A stretch of DNA of 64,000 bases. Source: Tricharina praecox. Lineage: Eukaryota. The stretch spans positions 2,046,001-2,110,000 of the forward strand of contig NW_026250403.1 in NCBI RefSeq assembly GCF_024521635.1, read 5' to 3'. This document shows positions 1 to 13,251 of the stretch, in pieces; within the stretch, counting starts at the first letter, position 1, and every line of letters begins with the position of its first letter. The position numbers and the translations under genes were made by a program. The notes beneath the pieces are model-generated. The model searched no databases and was not told the origin of the DNA. It saw only the letters and a program-made list of their open reading frames with translations.

Positions 1-424
1 GATGTATGTATGTAGGAGGCCTGGGGGCATGCATGCGTTTCTACTTGTACTCGTACAACGTCGTCGGTTCCCGTTGCTTTGATGGGCATGGGCATGGAGG
101 AGTGCGTGGGTTCGTCTCGACTATCGATTGTCGGGATAAGTTGAGGGTGGATGGTGGAGGGTGGAGTGTCAGTGACGTCGGTTCCCGGGGGGGGGGGGGG
201 GGGGCTCCTTGACGGTGGGCACTGGGATATAGTATGTACTGCGCAGTGCGTCTAGATCTCGACTGTGGATGCCCTTCCCGTGGGGAACTGGCGGGGGTAG
301 GGCGGTTTGATGGGATGGCCCGTGGATGGGTGGAGTATGGGGGGTGTGCGAGCGGGTAGGGGCGGGGCAGGACAAACGGGCAAGTGGGCGGGGGCGGGGC
401 GGGGCGGGGCGGGTGGAGGGGGGA

Positions 425-528
425 TGTCAATGGCGGATGTCAATGGCGGGTGTCAATGGCGGGTGTCAATGGCGGGTGTCAATGGCGGGTGTCAATGGCG
501 GGTGTCAATGGCGGGTGTCAATGGCGGG
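425..528 (+). repeat. 13-bp minisatellite (TGTCAATGGCGGG)x8
   Basis: Eight head-to-tail units read directly; the first ends in A instead of G. Preceded by a G-rich (GGGGC)n tract at about 340-423. Confidence 0.97.
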
Positions 529-1482
529 TGGCCACTTGCGGCTAATAACTACTTCAGTCGACCCGCCCTTTGTGTGCGGGACTCCGGGAAGCGGGAGGCG
601 ACTACCTACGTCCTACTTTAGGTATCTACGCGGGTGTCGGCAGCGGTCAGCGGTCAGCTGTCACAGGTGGGAGGAATCTAGGTCTTTTGTGGCTTTGAAG
701 TTTGTAGTATGTTTGTGGTACATAGGAGGTAGAAGTATGTAGAGTATGGTAGCTTGAGGGTAGTGTAGGTGTGTGGGTGTGGAATGTTTTCCCGTGAACA
801 AGCAAGCAAGCAACGGCGGTGTACTGTACTCTGAAGTCAGTTCAAGCTACTGCGGCTCATCGAACCGCGCGCACGGCTTCAAAGAGCAGGGCTATAACTA
901 GAGTACTGCACAGCTTTCGCTGGCGGCCCTGTAGGGCTCCATGGTACGCTTGTTGTCCACGCCTGCCAGCTCCCGCTCCTTAACTAACGGATTACGCAAC
1001 CGAGTGATATTTGTGGATCTGAGGAAAAAGTGTCGCGTGTCCGCCCAGAACTCGATAATGATCGGATAAATGTGGGGAGCGTGGTATGGAAATAGAGTAC
1101 GCCGATGGTTCCTGTCCTTCATATTAGATCAAGCAGAGCTAGATGTCAATAAAACATTCGTTTCGCTGTAGACCCTTAAGTATAGATACTGTTGGTTAAC
1201 CGTTGATGTCATCAACTTGGCTTGCAGGGATGTCGAGGTGAGACAGCTGTAAGGGTGCACACTGCACCGAAGCCCAACCTCCACCCCCCACAGCCCTGAG
1301 CTCCATATTGCCCCGACGAACGCCATCCAACAGGGCGTCACCACGAAACAGCTACCTTCACGACTCGTTATCTACACCCCACCACCGTGCGGCAGAGCGG
1401 TTCTCCGTTCCGTTCGAAGACGGCCTCGACGACGACGACGAAGTGGCCGTGTCCTGCCGTCCCCGGGAGCTCGATCAAAAGG

Positions 1483-4397
1483 ATGACTCCATCCACCATC
1501 CACCTTCTGACAGCATCGCTGCTGCTGCTGCTGCAACCTCTCGCCGACTCATGCGGTGTATTGTATTGTCCCCACCCTGGGGCTCCCTCGATAAGCATTA
1601 CTAACATCGGAGCCTCACCTTTAGGGTCCACAACCAAATCGTGCACCGATCGGGGCACATATTCGCGCTGCCGAACTCGCTGCCGCAATTCCACGCGCCG
1701 CAGAAAGTATTTTCGCCGCTCGTCACCGCGGCCGCGAATGCGGCGTCGGTGCAGGCCGGCGCGTTCTTCCCCGACTGGGGGTACCAGTGTTTGCAGACCG
1801 ACGAGCTCGCGGAGGCCGCGCACTGGCCGCCGTTCCTGATCGCCGCGGTTGAACATATCACGTCGAAATACGGGTTTCTCAACGGTACGGAGGCGGGAGG
1901 TACCGGAAGAACGCGCTCGCGGTCGGAGGATGAACAGAAGCATCTTGAGAGCTTGGTCGCGTTCGTGTTCGCCGTGGCGTCGCACCAGACCGCCGATGCG
2001 ACGTGGCACGCGATCCGGTTGCCGACGGGGTTTTTGGCGGCGCTTGCGGGCATCGATTTTGGCGGAAATGTGGCCGAGGCGCATCAGACGCTCGATGTGG
2101 GCGGGGACTTCATTGCGGCGGCCAGGCTCGCGAGACTACCGCAGGAGTCCAGTGCGTGGATCGAGAATTCTTGGCAGATGCCTGTCGGTGATCTCGTCCA
2201 GATATATGAGCGCATGGGATTGAGGGTCAGTAAGTGGGGGCTCAGGTACTGCACTATGCGCGGACTGGCGGCACTGAGGAGTGAACTCGCGCTGGGTGGT
2301 AGGCTCTTTGAGAAGTTTGCGGCGACGTCGCCGATGCTGGTCGATGAGATGGATGGGTACTATCTGGGTGGCATCGACGAGATGACGGCGCGAACGGTCA
2401 ACTGCTGGGCAAACTTGACGAGGTGGTTTTCTGACGGAATCAGCGAGGAGGATAAGTTGAGCGCAGGATGGAACATCTGTGATGTGTTTCAAGCCATTCG
2501 GGCCAGAGGAGGTGCTGGGAAAATGGCCCCGCCGCACACACATCAATTTCGACACAATATTCTGGATGACGACAGTTTGTATGCGGCTACATTGCGAGAG
2601 ATGGAGGAAATGGATGTCAAGACCGACAGGTTTGGTGCGGAGACATTCAATCTTCCGCGAAAGCTTGAGCAAGTTCGAACACTTCCACGCCGACCGGCGG
2701 AAAAATATTCTCTACCTTTTGATGACCGAATCTACGTCGCAACATATGTGCCGTACGGACACATGGGTGCATCGATCTCCGCCGGGTACTTCTCGACTGA
2801 TCCGGAGGAGCTGGCTTTTGCGGTTGGAGCACCATGGGAAAGTGAAGATTCGTCTCGACCTGGTGAGGGAAACGTTTACGTCATTCCGAATAGCTTCATT
2901 TCGGGCTCGCTTACTCAAAGCTCGACGCATAATTTACGCATCAACAGTACCCGCTCGAAAGGCTTGCACGATGCATCGTCGCTCACAGTAAGAGGAGTGG
3001 GCTCGTCTGTCGATCAGCGTTTCGGTACGGCATCAACCAGTTTGAAAGCGCTCAACCGCACATTTCTCGCCGTCTCCGCCCCGGGACCGTTAACGTGCGA
3101 CGGCGCCCGTCCTCCTTCGCTCCCATTCCATCCGCAAGCCCTCGCTGGGCGCGTCGAACTTTTCATTCCTGGAGACGGCGAATCGCAATTCACGTTTTCG
3201 CGGCAGGGAGCGGAGCTGGGCTCGATCGGCACCCGTCAATGGGGCGATCACCTCTTATCGGCCGCGCTTCATCCGGATAGCGATGAGGAATTTCTGATTG
3301 TCTCGGCCTCTAGTTCCGACCGCGAACGAGCCTGCAATGGACGCGAGAGACCACAGTTCGGTGAAGGAGAAGTCGCCATCATTAGGCTTCGGTATGCTAC
3401 CTCGGAGGACGACGTGGTCTCGGACAATCACAGGAGCCCACTTATCCTAGCACAACAGCACAACGCAATCAATAATACTTGCATTTCCGAGGATCGGATT
3501 GGCGTCACTAGTTGCTATTCTCTCCATGAGGCACGGGGTGAAGGGGTTGTTGCTGATATGTTTGGACTTTACTTGCCGGAATCGGAGAGAGATCGCATCC
3601 CGTGTGATCGCCAAACCACGTACGCACGATTTGGTACTTCCATCGCATTCTCGTCCGGCTCCAAGCTCCTCTGGATCTCAGCGCCCGGGAGAGGAAAGGT
3701 ATTTGGCTACCGTTTCTCACCCGACGAGCCTGCCAAACTCGTTACCACTATCGCGGATGAGGACTTTGCGCTCCGTCCGCAACGTACCGGATTCGGCCAT
3801 TCCCTTGCTACGGGAATGCTACCGGACGGCCGAGAATGGATCGCTGTTTCTGCGCCAAACGAGGAGGTGGATGATTCGAAGCAGGTTGGTGTGGTAAGGA
3901 TATACCAGATTACTACAACAAGCACGGGAACTAACACGCCCGAAATCAAACTGGTTCACGAGGTTATCCCAAGTGATCCGGCGGGATACACCAAGTTTGG
4001 CCGCTCCCTGGCTGCCGACGCGGATAGTCGTCTGCTATGGATTGGAAGCGAATTCGCGGGCGAGGAGCGCGGCGCAGTGTGGGCAGTCGAGATCGGGAAC
4101 GGTGAGATGCTGACAGGCCAGTCGACCGCGTCGACCGCACGCAGCTGGATGGAATTGGTGCTGAGCAAGCTTCCATTCCTTCCGCGGGACACGGAAGACG
4201 ACAAGAGGATAAGGGCCAAAGTGGTATGGGAGGGTGCGGAGCCCGGCGAGCGGTTTGGCGCAACGATTGTAGCTGCCGCGGGTGATGTTGCGGTCGGTGT
4301 GCCGTTCGCGGGAATCGGGAAGGTCCCCCAGGAGGAGAACTTTTTTGGTGCTATGGCGGTTTTCAGGAGGAGGAAGGCGAACAGTGAGGAATTGTAG
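1483..4397 (+). CDS. Secreted GPI-specific phospholipase D-like protein (Zn-dependent phospholipase domain plus FG-GAP/integrin-alpha-type beta-propeller repeats)
   Basis: Signal peptide MTPSTIHLLTASLLLLLQPLADS. Removing intron 1563-1624 (GTATTG..CTAAC..TTAG) gives CGVLVHNQIVHR in frame with ORF 1641-4397. Motifs AGAFFPDWGY, EAAHWPPF, SHQTADATWH and EAHQTLDVGGD parallel mammalian GPLD1. The C-terminus has repeated FG...AVGAP/VSAP/GVP FG-GAP motifs. Confidence 0.9.
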
Positions 4398-5481
4398 CTG
4401 TAGCTGTGGCTGTAGCTGCGTTGGTTTTCATTCTTATTTTTCTTGTTTTGCTGCTGCTGCTGCTTTTGGCTGGAATTTGGAATTTGGCATGGTTGTACGG
4501 TTGTGTGGTTGTATGGTTGTATGCGCATTCCCCCATGCATCTGAGGTTGTGGGGTTGGTTTTGTTTTTGGGACGCGTTCATGAGGTGGGTTGGATTCACG
4601 ATTGTAAATATATGATGTTATGATGAGCTCGGCTTGGAGCTGCTACGAATTGATATCCTGTTGTTTATGTTTATCTTGTCGTCGGTGTTTATCAACCCGG
4701 ACGAGGGACACCTAAGGAGGCATTGACTTTGACATCTTGCGTCTGGAGTTACAGGAATGACAGCTCTCCCATGCTGTCCGAACTGTTAGCTGCTTGGAAT
4801 GCTGCACTCTTGGAAAAAAATGCAGCTAAATCAAGGAGGGCTTGGAAAATTGAAATGCTCGAGCCTCGGATCGCACTTTATCGCCCCATCAGATGACGCT
4901 TCCTATCATCAAATGCCGCCGGAAAGCGGGGTTGATCCTTCCAAGAGCAGGTACCTAAGACGGAGGAACATGGAAGGAGGGGTGGAAGGATATAACAGCC
5001 ACTCAAATCCGCAGTTCCTCCAGCATCTGCTTCCTCAGTCAGTCCTTTCAGCCCGAAATCCATCGCCTTCCTTCCTCCAAGGTCCTCCAAGGCTCTAAGC
5101 AGGGCGCTTCACCGCGCCAATCACCCACCTTCTTTCGAAGGGTGATGGAGGCTACTAGACTACTAGTATTGTTCCACTGCTTTTTCTTGAATCCTACTTC
5201 GCTCTCACTCTCCGGCGGCGATGCTATACTCATAGTCACTCGGGCAGAAAATCCGCCGACTCGCCGACGGTGCGTCGGTGCCTTCGAAGGTCTGGTCCGG
5301 GGCTTCGTGCCGTATGTACCTACCCATGCTTTTTTCCGACTCGTCGCGAGATAGGTACTGACGCTTGCGTGCTGAAGATTCAACACGCCGGGAATGGGAA
5401 TGTTCCAAGCGATGGCGGAGGACGCAGCTCGTCACTCGGAGTTGCAGCGCAACGTCGTACATCTCCACACTTACAAAAACG

Positions 5482-5586
5482 CGCCGTTCGCCGTTCGCCA
5501 TTCGCCGTTCGCCATTCGCCGTTCGCCATTCGCCGTTCGCCATTCGCCGTTCGCCATTCGCCGTTCGCCATTCGCCATTCGCCGTC
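5482..5586 (+). repeat. Heptamer array (CGCCRTT)x14-15 with mostly alternating G/A variants
   Basis: Direct reading: CGCCGTT and CGCCATT alternate over most of the array, giving a 14-bp higher-order unit. Confidence 0.97.
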
Positions 5587-6760
5587 TTCCCTGCGCGCCC
5601 TGTCCTGGTACTGCGGCGAGAACTCCGCAGAGAGCAGCCAGCAGCAGGCCCGAAGATCGGCGGAGAGTAGCGACTCTTCAGGGCGCGGCCGCGCGTGACG
5701 TAGCCCGAGGGTCGAACATGTGCGCTCAGGGCAAACGAGAGCATCTGAATGACACATAGTAACCCCGAAGAGCCATCTTTCAAAGAATCGTAGATATCAC
5801 TCGGCCCGATGGGAAGAGTCATTTACGCCCTGGAGCTCCCGCCCACCACCGCCCAGGCTTTTTATGGAGAGGTGGGAGCAGCTCAGCACAAGGGGAAAAT
5901 GGTTTCCAAGTTGCGATCGAGCGCCTGGGGAAGAGGAACTTGGAAGGGGCTGGTAGAGAGGCGAGACGGAATCCCAGCAAGCTGGCCGGGCTGCTGGCGG
6001 AGGTTGCCAAGATATGTACAGAGACCGATTCTGATGGTGATGGTGATGGTGGTGCGGAGGGAGACACCGCAATTGTAGCCCGTACACAGCGCAATGCTCG
6101 ACGCGAACGAAACGGCGGTCTGCCAACTGTTCACCATCCACCCCGTGACTGCTCCCAAACACCTGGTTATCCCCTCCGACGCCGGCAACACCTATCCGGG
6201 CTGCAACAACCTGGAGCGGTGCCGGTTGGCTGGTGATTTCTTTGGGGAGAGAACCTTTATTGCGCACTTGAGTCGACAGCAGTCTTTGCTGTGCTTCGCT
6301 GGGGCTGAGGGCAGTTGAGCATGGATGATAGCAGACATTTTTACTGCCTGGGGAAAATCAACCTCGGAAGAGGAGTGGGGAAATTCTGAATTCCCTAACC
6401 CTACATTTCCCCGGCCTACCCATCGTCGATCTGCCGTGCCAAAATCTGCAGTCAACCGTCAATCGTCAACCGCCGTCTTCCCGAGTCTTGGACAATGACT
6501 GTCTAAACCAAGCCGACTACCGTGTCCTACTCGATGAACCAATACAGCAGAAGCTGCTAAGCGGACAGTTCAGCAGAGACGCTTTTGATCATACAATGTG
6601 TCCTTGATAGAGGTGCCTAGACCGACAGGATCGCCTCCCCGGGCCGCCCGGTTCACCATCCGCAGTCTACCGAAAGCACCTATGAAAGAATTTGGGGGGT
6701 GTCCTACGTACACGGAAAAGCGGAGCATCTCGATCGATGGGCTTAGATAGTCGATTACCC

Positions 6761-6961
6761 CTAATCAAGTTCAATTCCCAGAGTGTCGCACGCCAGCTTC
6801 AAGTCCGACGGCGTGATTCTCCCACCGGAACTTCCCTCGGTGGAGCCAGTGCAGACGAACGATGATGCCCTGACGGCTTCTGTACGCTGGAGTATCCGTT
6901 GAAGGAAGAATGTTTCTCCAAGAAAAATTCGGAACACGCATAGGACTATGCAAAGTTTCAT
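6761..6961 (-). pseudogene. Possible histone-fold-like coding fragment
   Basis: FLQRILQRTEAVRAS...RITPSDLKLACDTLG resembles helix2-loop2-helix3 of histone-fold proteins. No complete gene model could be built. Confidence 0.2.
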
Positions 6962-8710
6962 GGAGATGATTGAATCGCCAATCGAGTCCTACAAATCTAC
7001 GATACCTTAAGGCCACAGCGGATGTCAGTCTGCTCCTATCTTCACGGAACACGTAGGAGTCCGTCTCTTGCGGTGTGAGGTCTCGCTGTCTCTTCTCCCA
7101 CTCGTACTCTCGTTACGAACCCACGCAAAGGGGCCACCTTCGTCGCGACCGCCGCGTCCGCCGCCCACGGTGGCATCACCCGCAATCACCCTTCCGCTTT
7201 CGTGGCGGTATTCCTCCAAGCCGATAGAGCTGACCCCAGCTTCCAATCCGGCATCACGTACGGCCACGAGGTCTTCGACTTCACCGCGCCGCAGCACTTA
7301 ACGCTGCTGGAAGAACCGCGTATACAGTCACTGTAACTATAGGCGGAAATAAGCATACTAGAGACGAAGACGGGAACGAAGCCGGGAACGAGACCCTGTT
7401 CGTTCTACCCACCTCAAAAAGGCGCAAGCCAAACGCGCCTACGAGCTCGTATCCGGAGAGCGTACAATACATAGGACGATGCTCGGTTCCTGGTTGTGAG
7501 GAGAATATTGGCGAGTCTAGGCCGGCGCAAGAGTGGAAGTGTTGGGGAGAATCACTCGGTCGTTTGGTCGCGTGGGAGTCACGGGGGTAGTCGACATGAT
7601 ATTTTTTCCCTCCCAACTATGGCGATGCCTCCTTCTGTGCCCATGCATGCCGCCGATATCTATTTTGTGATTTTCAGAGTATGAGACGTCCGGAAGCGGT
7701 CGATGACGGCCGCAGTGATGCTGGGAGAGTTGGCCGTCCGGAATGTCTCGCAGAAGGTCGCAGCTATGCTGGCAGTCTACAACAATGTCTTGGTCCGGCG
7801 AGACTGGAGGATAAGAGAAGATTATCAGCGATTACATCTTCTATTTGACATATTTTGTATCAGATCATCTGTAGTTACTTTGTTACTAGCATCGCCTTCA
7901 AGCCTAATCATCAGATACAAATTAGATATCGGTGACATGAGTGGTTACAGCAAAACACTCGTGTCGCTGATATCTAATTTGTATTTCATCATCTGTTTCG
8001 CTCACAAATAAAGCTCAGCCAACAGAAAACTGAAGAAACTGTTCCTGTGCCATCAGTCCGTGCGTCGGCTTATTGCCATCTCACCTCGTTCGGGCCCCTT
8101 GGTGGCCAGCAGCTCCCGTACAGCCCGTCTGGTAACCGTCTCCAATATTTTCTCATGGCAAGTTGCTCATCACCTTGGCGCTATGATTACCTCCACGGGG
8201 ATTGCTTGCGTTTCAGAGTTGCCCGTGGCCCAGCCTTTCACCTTCTTCTTCTCCCCTTTCTTCTCTCCCCCAGTCTTTACAGAATGAAGCTTGCCAGCCT
8301 CGTTGCCTGGGAGCTTCGCTTTGCGCCTTGCCCTTATTGTCTGTCTGGGGTGGCGATGACCCATCAGCCTGGAGTGCATCAATATCGAGTTGGCGACGTG
8401 ATCCTTCAGCTTCCTGGGGCGGTGAGATAAGCCTCAGCTTCCGCGAACCTGGTTCCGTCTTCGTTTGGAACCCTGGCTGAGTGCGGGGCATCCAGCACGG
8501 CACGGGTCACTGGTAGTTACACAAGTCCTTACGGTGTAACACTTTGTTCGGAAAAATGGTCCTATCGGGTGCCATGAGCCGCACGAATGACCGTGTTTGT
8601 TATTGACTGATTCGTCGAGGTACTGATTGGTTCCGACTCACACACGATACACCGTAGTCAGCCTCTTCGTTCCGATACAATCCCGCTCCTGATCTTGTCT
8701 GCACTCCCAA

Positions 8711-11700
8711 ATGCTGCCTTCTGGCTCCTACTTCAAGATCGGAGTCGATGTCGGCGGAACAAACACAGATGCCGCCCTCCTCTCATTTTCTCCAGCCTCG
8801 AATGAGTTCGAGGTAGTATCGACTTACAAGGCCCCCACCGCGCTGTCCATCACCTCGGGAATCACCGCTGCAATCTCTTTTCTTCTCTCCACCACTGCAA
8901 TTGATCGTTCCTGCATCCGGTCCATCACAGTCGGCACCACCGCTTTCGTGAACGCGCTCGTAGAGCGAGACATCGACGTGCTGGAACGAGTTGCTGTGCT
9001 TCGACTCTGCGGGCCCTACATCAAGGACATCCCGCCATTTGCTGCCTGGCCCGGTGAACTGCGCGTATGTTGCGACGGTGGATATACGGCCGTTGACGGT
9101 GGACTGGAGATTCACAGCGGCGCGATAGCGGAGTTGGATGAAGATACCATCTCTGCTGAAGCCAGACGGATGAGGGAATCCGGGATCAGACATGTTGCCG
9201 TGGTAGGCGTGTTTTCGCCGTTGGATAACGAAGGGGAACAGGAATACCGGGTTAGGGACATCTTCACGCAAGTGGCGCCGGAGATGATAGTAGTGTGTAG
9301 TCGGGACGTAGGGAACATTGGATTGTACGGTTCCGTGTCTTGTCCAGATTCTTGTTTTCTTACTGACTAGTTGTGGTGACAGTATCGAGCGTGAGAACGC
9401 AACGATACTCAATGCCTCACTCCATTCGATCGCGCTTCGTTTTGTCGGCGGGATCTCAACGGCGATGGAGGAGCTGAAACTACCTGCTACCGTTCAGCTC
9501 TTTCTGACGACAAACTCCGGCACACACTGCAGCGCCGAGGCAGCAAAGCAGTTACCCATCAAAACATTCACCTGCGGACCCACAAACTCCATGGCTGGGG
9601 CAGCTTTCCTGACCAGTAAACGCCCTCGTAAGGCGGACGAGCAGGTGGTAGTTGTGGACATCGGGGGTACCACCACCGACATCGGTTTCCTGCAACCGAA
9701 CGGATTCCCGCGGCAAGCGCCGGCTTGCGTCGAGGTTGCTGGGGTTCGCACTACATTTCCAATGCCGGATGTGGCGACGCTTCCTCTGGGCGGCGGAACT
9801 ATCGTCAAGGTCGACGAAGATGGTAAATGCGTTAAGGTGGGCCCGGAAAGTTTGGGGTATAGGATCGTCAAAGAATCCATACTCGCAGGTGGAACAACGA
9901 TGACGGTGACTGATGTGGCCGTTGCCTCGGGTCTCGTCGCTTGTCCTTCGTACGGCGAAAAGGAACGCGTGCGGCTGATTCCGGGATGGGTCGTGGATCT
10001 GGTCAAGGAGCATATCCGGACGGTTCTAGCTACGGGAATTGACTCCATGAAGGCCACTCAGACCCCAGCAACCGTATTGTTGGCTGGGGGTGGCGCAATT
10101 ATCGTGGACGAAGGGATCAAGGGAGGACTGAGCGGCATATGTGAGGTCATCGAAGTCCCATTTGCCGGTGCTGCCAATGCCGTTGGTGCAGCAGTTGCTC
10201 TGGTGGAAGGCCTTTTAGATACTCTAATCATCATGAAAGAAAGGGAAGAAGTAGTAGAAGACAGACTCAAAGCCGATGCAATACAGAAGGCGGTGGAAAA
10301 TGGTGCCGAAAAATCCAAAACCCGAGTTGTGGCCGTCGAGAAAATCCAGTTACAATATGTGGAGCAAAAGGTTGTGCGTTTCATCGTTCGGGCAGTCGGT
10401 CCTCTTGATGCCAATGCTCCTCCCCCATCGATAGCTCAACCACCACTTATGTCGTCGAAAGTCCCTACCGTATCGCCCCAAAGGCTTCCATCCAAGCACA
10501 AGTTTACCAGCCTACTTTCATCCTCATTCTCAAATGGATCTGACCAGAATCCCGAATACTACACTCCGGACATCCATAGGAATATATGGTACCCATCAGC
10601 CCTGGATATCCACTTTATTTCGACTGGCTGCGGAATATTAGGCTGCGGCGGTGGTGGCTCAACTTACGTCTCCCTCCTCCGGACTCTATCATTATTCTCC
10701 AGTCTTCCTCCCAGAAGCCTGCGGATAATCTCACCAGCTTCCGTCGATGACTCTAGATACTTTCTCTTTGGCTCGCACTACGGGGCTCCCAGCGTCTCGG
10801 CCGAGAGGATTCAAGACGCAGCTGAGGTCTCAAGGGCCCAGCAAGCAGCCGTCCAGGCTGCCGGCATATCTTGGGGGAATGTCTCTGGTTACATAACCGA
10901 CGAGATCGGCGGTGGGAACGGGCTGATGGGACTTACCGCCGCCTGCGTCAACCCTCATCTCCCAGTGATAGACTGTGATGCCATGGGCCGAGCATTTCCG
11001 AGTATCGAGCACGCGACGCCGTATCTCGCGGGCTGCCAGGTGCAGCCTGTTGGTGTTTCAGTAGGCGATAAAAACGTATTTGCCATCTCAGACGCCTCTA
11101 CAACTGCGGACCTGGAAAAGGCGCTCAGGCAGCTGAGTATCGACAATGGAATGGCCATGTCCATTTCTCCGCGGCCATTGACCGGAAGGGAAGTTAAGGA
11201 TACTATGGTGTTACATTCGCTATCTAAGGCGTGGTATATTGGCCGTGCCATTGGGAACTACCATGGTGGTAGCGTGCTTGATGCTTTGGTATGTACCTTC
11301 CTTTTTCACTCGGTATTAGCGAATCATACCAGCTGATATTCTGCAGTTCAAATGTACCGCCATGCGCCTAGTGTATACCGGCAAAGTTGTCCGCGTAACA
11401 ACCAGCATCACCGACGGCTACAACATCGGCACGATCCTCCTAAGTCCTCTACCCTCTACCACCACAATACAGCCCCTCGTCCCACCCGCCTACCACCTAA
11501 AAATCCCATTCCAAAATGAATTCCTCTACGCCTCCCTTTTCGATCCCAATTCTCCATCTGACGACCAGAAAGAGATAATAGTGGCAGTACCAGACCTGCT
11601 CACGCTCTTGGACGTCACGGACGGCAGCGCGATTGCGAGCACAGAGTTGAAGTATGGGCTTCGCGTACACGTGGTTGCCATGCCGGCGGACAAGAGGTGG

Positions 11701-11835
11701 AAGACTCCCGAGGGGTTGAAGAAAGGTGGGTTGGGGTGGTTCGGGGTTCGGGGTAAGGCAACGTTCGAGTGGCCTAGTGATGAGGATGGGATGGGTGGGA
11801 AGGTAAAGAGTATTTTTGAGGAATTTGGGAGATAA
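8711..11835 (+). CDS. Hydantoinase/oxoprolinase-family protein fused to a C-terminal DUF917 domain
   Basis: IGVDVGGTNTDA, ERENATILNA, GPTNSMAGA, VDIGGTTTD and GAANAVGAA (Hydantoinase_A); GCGILGCGGGG, DEIGGGNG, DCDAMGRAFP, PFQNE, VPDL and LKYGLRV (DUF917). Introns 9325-9382 and 11289-11346 join three ORFs in frame. Confidence 0.92.
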
Positions 11836-13251
11836 GGGCGTGCGCTCGCTAGTTACGCGTGGTGTCGTTTAGGTTCGATGGCTGGGGTTTTTCTGGTTTC
11901 GTGTCATTGAATTCGATCTTTTCTAGTCAAGGCTGCTATCGTGCACCTTATCCCGTCCCCTCCACATCGTACTTGACTTCTGCATTATGTTCTGAGGATT
12001 TGCTAGTAGTGTACTCGATAGATATCACTCGCTCCTTCTACCATCTGCCAAGGACGTAAATAAGAAAATACGTACCCTATAGAGGCATACGATATCATTA
12101 CTGAGATTACTCCGGACATGCTGTTATTATTATTGTTGCTGCTGCGTAGAGACAACGTACTCACAATCATGCTAGTAACTATCATTCCGTAGCAGGTCCG
12201 CAATCAAACGAATTCGTATTTGATATATGCAGTAGAGAGATAGTATCGCCACGGCATTTCGAATATATTATAGTAACTTAGTAATACAAATTCATTGGAA
12301 TGGAGTGGTTAAGTGACTGCTGACAGATTGATAAAACTGCTGCGCCCCCGCCAACCAACGGCATTCATGTGAATGCCCAACCTCGCAAATACCGACACAC
12401 TTCGGTAGATCTGCCGTACTTTTTGATCGACATATCCGTGAGGATGAGCACCTTCCGTGAGTACGCACTCTTCCTTTAATGCATTCCATACTCAGCCGTC
12501 CTATTTATGCATTGTAAGCTCCACTGCGCATTATATATAATATGGTAGCACCACCGTCGCCAAAAGCACCCGTTTTTTTGCCAGAGTAATAAATCGCAGT
12601 TTCGTCCCAACAATCCTCGCCTCCACACGGATCACCTCTGGCTAGCGAAGATCAGGACTTACCATAGGTACTATGGAAAAAAAGGGGTGTTTTACGCAAC
12701 AGTAAGTTTTCCACCACTAGACGAGTGACATCACATGTGGGGTTGTAGGGACGAGACTGGATAAATGCCAACCGATCTCGTTTAATTTACGTACCGTTGC
12801 CAAGCCCACTTCAAAGCTTCGTGAGATTCAACCCTTTCAAATAACCATGTGAAAATGTGCATCTCAAACAAGTCAACACAATTCAATATCCATATATGAA
12901 CTTATTCAAAGAATCGCGACCACTCCCACCGATTCTAAAAAGAGGCTATGATGTTACTAAAATCAGGCCAGAGAATTATGAAGAGCGCAAATCTCATTCA
13001 AGCCGGAGAAGTGTCCTCCTCCTGATAAAAACCGCTCCTTTTCCTGCTCCTCCTCTCGTTCTCACTCCACACTTGCACAGTTCAAAGCAACTTCGGAATA
13101 CTTTCATATAAACGATACTCACGAGTACGAAATCAACAATTACACGAACACTACTTCAAAAATAACAACCACAGACACGTCTTCGCAATCTCTACTTCAG
13201 AGAATATCACTTAAGTCCCAAACTACCCAGAACCAGTGACAAGCAAGTAAA

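Noticed and set aside
425..528. CRISPR-like or telomeric interpretation of the tandem arrays
   Set aside because: Units are contiguous with no unique spacers, no cas genes are present, the context is eukaryotic, and the unit is not TTAGGG-like.
5205..5822. ORFs with MANGEWRTANGERR / RRSPFAIRHSPFAV repeats
   Set aside because: These are translation artefacts of the heptamer array, open in several frames on both strands.
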